Shown here piece after piece: positions 62,288 through 64,000 of a stretch of DNA of 64,000 nt (its first letter is position 1; each line of letters opens with the position of its first letter). Both the position numbers and the translations under genes were made by a program. The stretch is from an uncultured bacterium (GTDB lineage: Bacteria > Auribacterota > Erginobacteria > Erginobacterales > Erginobacteraceae): assembly GCA_963822585.1 (NCBI GenBank), contig CAWGIE010000047.1:145896-209895 (forward strand), read 5' to 3'. The notes beneath the pieces are model-generated. The model searched no databases. It was not told where the DNA came from and was given only the letters and a program-made list of their open reading frames with translations.

Positions 62288-62580
62288 GTAGGATCGTCCT
62301 TCACTTCGTGAAGGACTTGGTGGATCAGAATGCCTTCGGCATTCTTTGTAGGAATTGTAGGATCGCTTCGCTTGCGGATGAGCAAACCTTGTCTCCGGCA
62401 AAGCGATACTACATTTACTACATCTCCTTCAAGTCCTGAAGCGCAGTGAAAGGACGATACTACACTCCCGGATTTCTCTTCCTTTGAAATTCCGAAGCGG
62501 CAAATGAGCGCCTTCGGCGCGTGTTCGTAGCGGCGACCTTTAAGGTCGCCATTGTATGGCAACCTGAAGGTTGCCGCTAT
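62288..62580. repeat. Two inverted GTAG-type REP pairs (REPIN-like)
   Basis: GTAGGATCGTCCTT...AAGGACGATACTAC (62288-62463); GTAGCGGCGACCTTTAAGGTCGCC...GGCAACCTGAAGGTTGCCGCTAT (62527-62580). Confidence 0.7.
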
Positions 62581-62699
62581 GACATTTATTGTGGGCCAGA
62601 GGCTGGCATCTCCGCTAGAGGCGGATCAACCTCCGGCTGAAAATACCAAAGTAGTAGAGTAAACGTAGCAAATACCCGCCCGGGAACAAGGGGATGCTT

Positions 62700-62722
62700 C
62701 TACTTTTTATTGACTTTTTTCT
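62700..62722 (-). promoter_or_regulatory. Shared 23-bp operator-like motif (copy 4)
   Basis: Minus strand AGAAAAAAGTCAATAAAAAGTAG, then 10 nt, then TTGTTC. Confidence 0.6.
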
Positions 62723-62812
62723 CTCTGTTGGCCGGCCTCGGCAGGAGAGAAAAATGTCACCGGCGATCACGCTTAACCCGATTTATTCGTAGATACAGTG
62801 AGCGAAAATTAG

Positions 62813-62864
62813 TAACCTGGATTATTCATGAAAATTTTTCAATTTTCATGAATAATCCAGGTTA
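62813..62864. repeat. Perfect 24-bp inverted repeat with 4-nt loop
   Basis: TAACCTGGATTATTCATGAAAATT-TTTC-AATTTTCATGAATAATCCAGGTTA. Confidence 0.9.
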
Positions 62865-62970
62865 AGGTGTGCAATCACCCTCCGTCTGTTGTATTATTCC
62901 CCTTGCTTGCGACGCCCCCCGGTGGGTGGAGATCGCCGGAAGGAGAAGCTCCGAAAATGGGGAAGAGATC

Positions 62971-63612
62971 ATGTCGGTCGTCTTTCTGAATATAGCCTAC
63001 CTCTTGATGCTGGCGGCTTTCATCGTCCGCGATATTTTTTGGTTGCGCCTGCTTCTCATTTCTTCCCAGGCGTGCTTTATATGCTACGCGGTTTTGACCC
63101 GCAACCTCTCCATCACTCTCTGGAACATCGGTTTCATCGCGGTCAACGTCATCCAGGTGATCAGGGTCGCCCGGATGAGGAAGCCGATCGCTCTTTCCCC
63201 CGAGATGGAAGAGCTCTATCGGCGCTCCTTCCGGACCATGAAGAGGAGGGAATTCCTCTACTTCTGGAATACCGGCCGGAAAAAGACCGTGGAAGACCGG
63301 TATGATTTCGTGGGGGGCGATAATCCCCGGGCCGGTCTCTATTTCATATTGACGGGGACCGTCTCGATCGTCCGCTCCGGCGAAGAAGTGACCAGGATAG
63401 GACGGGGGCATTTTATCGTCGATTCCAGCAGCGTCCTCGCTGAAGGACCCAGTGTCGTGGAAGCCCGGGCGCTCGGCCCGGTCCGCTGCCTTGCCTGGGA
63501 TGAGGAGATCCTGGCCGACGTGAGGAAAGCTTCCCCGGAGATTTTTATCAAACTCCAGAAAGCGATAAGCACCTATATGACCGCCCGGCTGAGGGCGGCC
63601 CTGGATAAATGA
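62971..63612 (+). CDS. Popeye-like membrane protein with cNMP-binding-like domain
   Basis: NIAY......VRDIFWLR...WN..F..VN; LYFILTGTV.I...G.G.F C-terminal domain. Confidence 0.8.
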   Translation: MSVVFLNIAYLLMLAAFIVRDIFWLRLLLISSQACFICYAVLTRNLSITLWNIGFIAVNVIQVIRVARMRKPIALSPEMEELYRRSFRTMKRREFLYFWNTGRKKTVEDRYDFVGGDNPRAGLYFILTGTVSIVRSGEEVTRIGRGHFIVDSSSVLAEGPSVVEARALGPVRCLAWDEEILADVRKASPEIFIKLQKAISTYMTARLRAALDK

Positions 63613-63667
63613 CGGCTGCCGCCGGCCGTTTGCCGCCGTTGTTTCTCCCCCTCGCCGTCCCGGCGGC

Positions 63668-64000
63668 TCATTTCTCTGCCCGGCGGTCAGACCCCGGCGC
63701 TTCGACGATCTTGACGATGTTGTAGAAGGGATAGCGGTCCTCCCGATTTTTCCCTGCCGGGCGCGCGACCAGCACCCCGTCTTGGAGCGAGACCGGTTCC
63801 ACCTCTTGCCGGTAATAAAGACAGCTGTCGTGATCGTAGAGATAGAGCTCGACGGGGGCGTGTCTTTTGCTGGCGCGGGAAAGCGTCCGGACCCGTTCCC
63901 GGAAAACATCGCCGTTGCCCCACCGGTAATCTCTTTTAAAGGGCCGCATATCCGCCAGGGTAGGGGGGGCCTTTTCCCCCAGCTTGGCGATGATCCGGTC
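63668..64000 (-). CDS. 5'-partial protein with WYL-like C-terminal domain
   Basis: Frame open to the window end; PVELY.Y......R.EVEP..L....LVA.......RY.F.NI..I pattern. Confidence 0.5.
   Translation of the reverse strand, partial: DRIIAKLGEKAPPTLADMRPFKRDYRWGNGDVFRERVRTLSRASKRHAPVELYLYDHDSCLYYRQEVEPVSLQDGVLVARPAGKNREDRYPFYNIVKIVEAPGSDRRAEK

Overview
GC-rich bacterial chromosomal window with about 55 genes. No rRNA, tRNA, CRISPR array, integrase or transposase was recognised. The left half (1-36.5 kb) is an accessory, surface-protein-rich region. It holds three unrelated secreted proteins that share a six-repeat C-terminal domain ending in P[AV]TR, a radical SAM/glycosyltransferase operon, a YbhG/F/S/R-like ABC exporter, a lipoprotein NADAR homologue, two LigD-phosphoesterase-like proteins and a short thymidylate-synthase homologue carrying the Asp typical of dCMP-acting enzymes. 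Its intergenic DNA is a mosaic of GTAG-type REP hairpins (including two tandem arrays), 7-9-mer simple repeats and longer shared modules that flank the C-terminal-domain genes as direct repeats. One of these genes lies on a 2631-bp low-GC unit bounded by a duplicated 3' end of the neighbouring radical SAM gene. The right half (36.5-64 kb) is a redox/copper/oxidative-stress island (DoxX, MsrAB, superoxide reductase, LDH, two-component system, 2-oxoacid oxidoreductase, CopB-type ATPase, CuA cupredoxin, RnfD-like protein, SodC, rubrerythrin, Tpx, P3A H+-ATPase). Four of its promoters share a 23-bp motif positioned exactly 10 nt before a TTG. Several single-base frameshifts suggest consensus errors in the assembly. 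All calls are by eye from motifs; no database searches were run.
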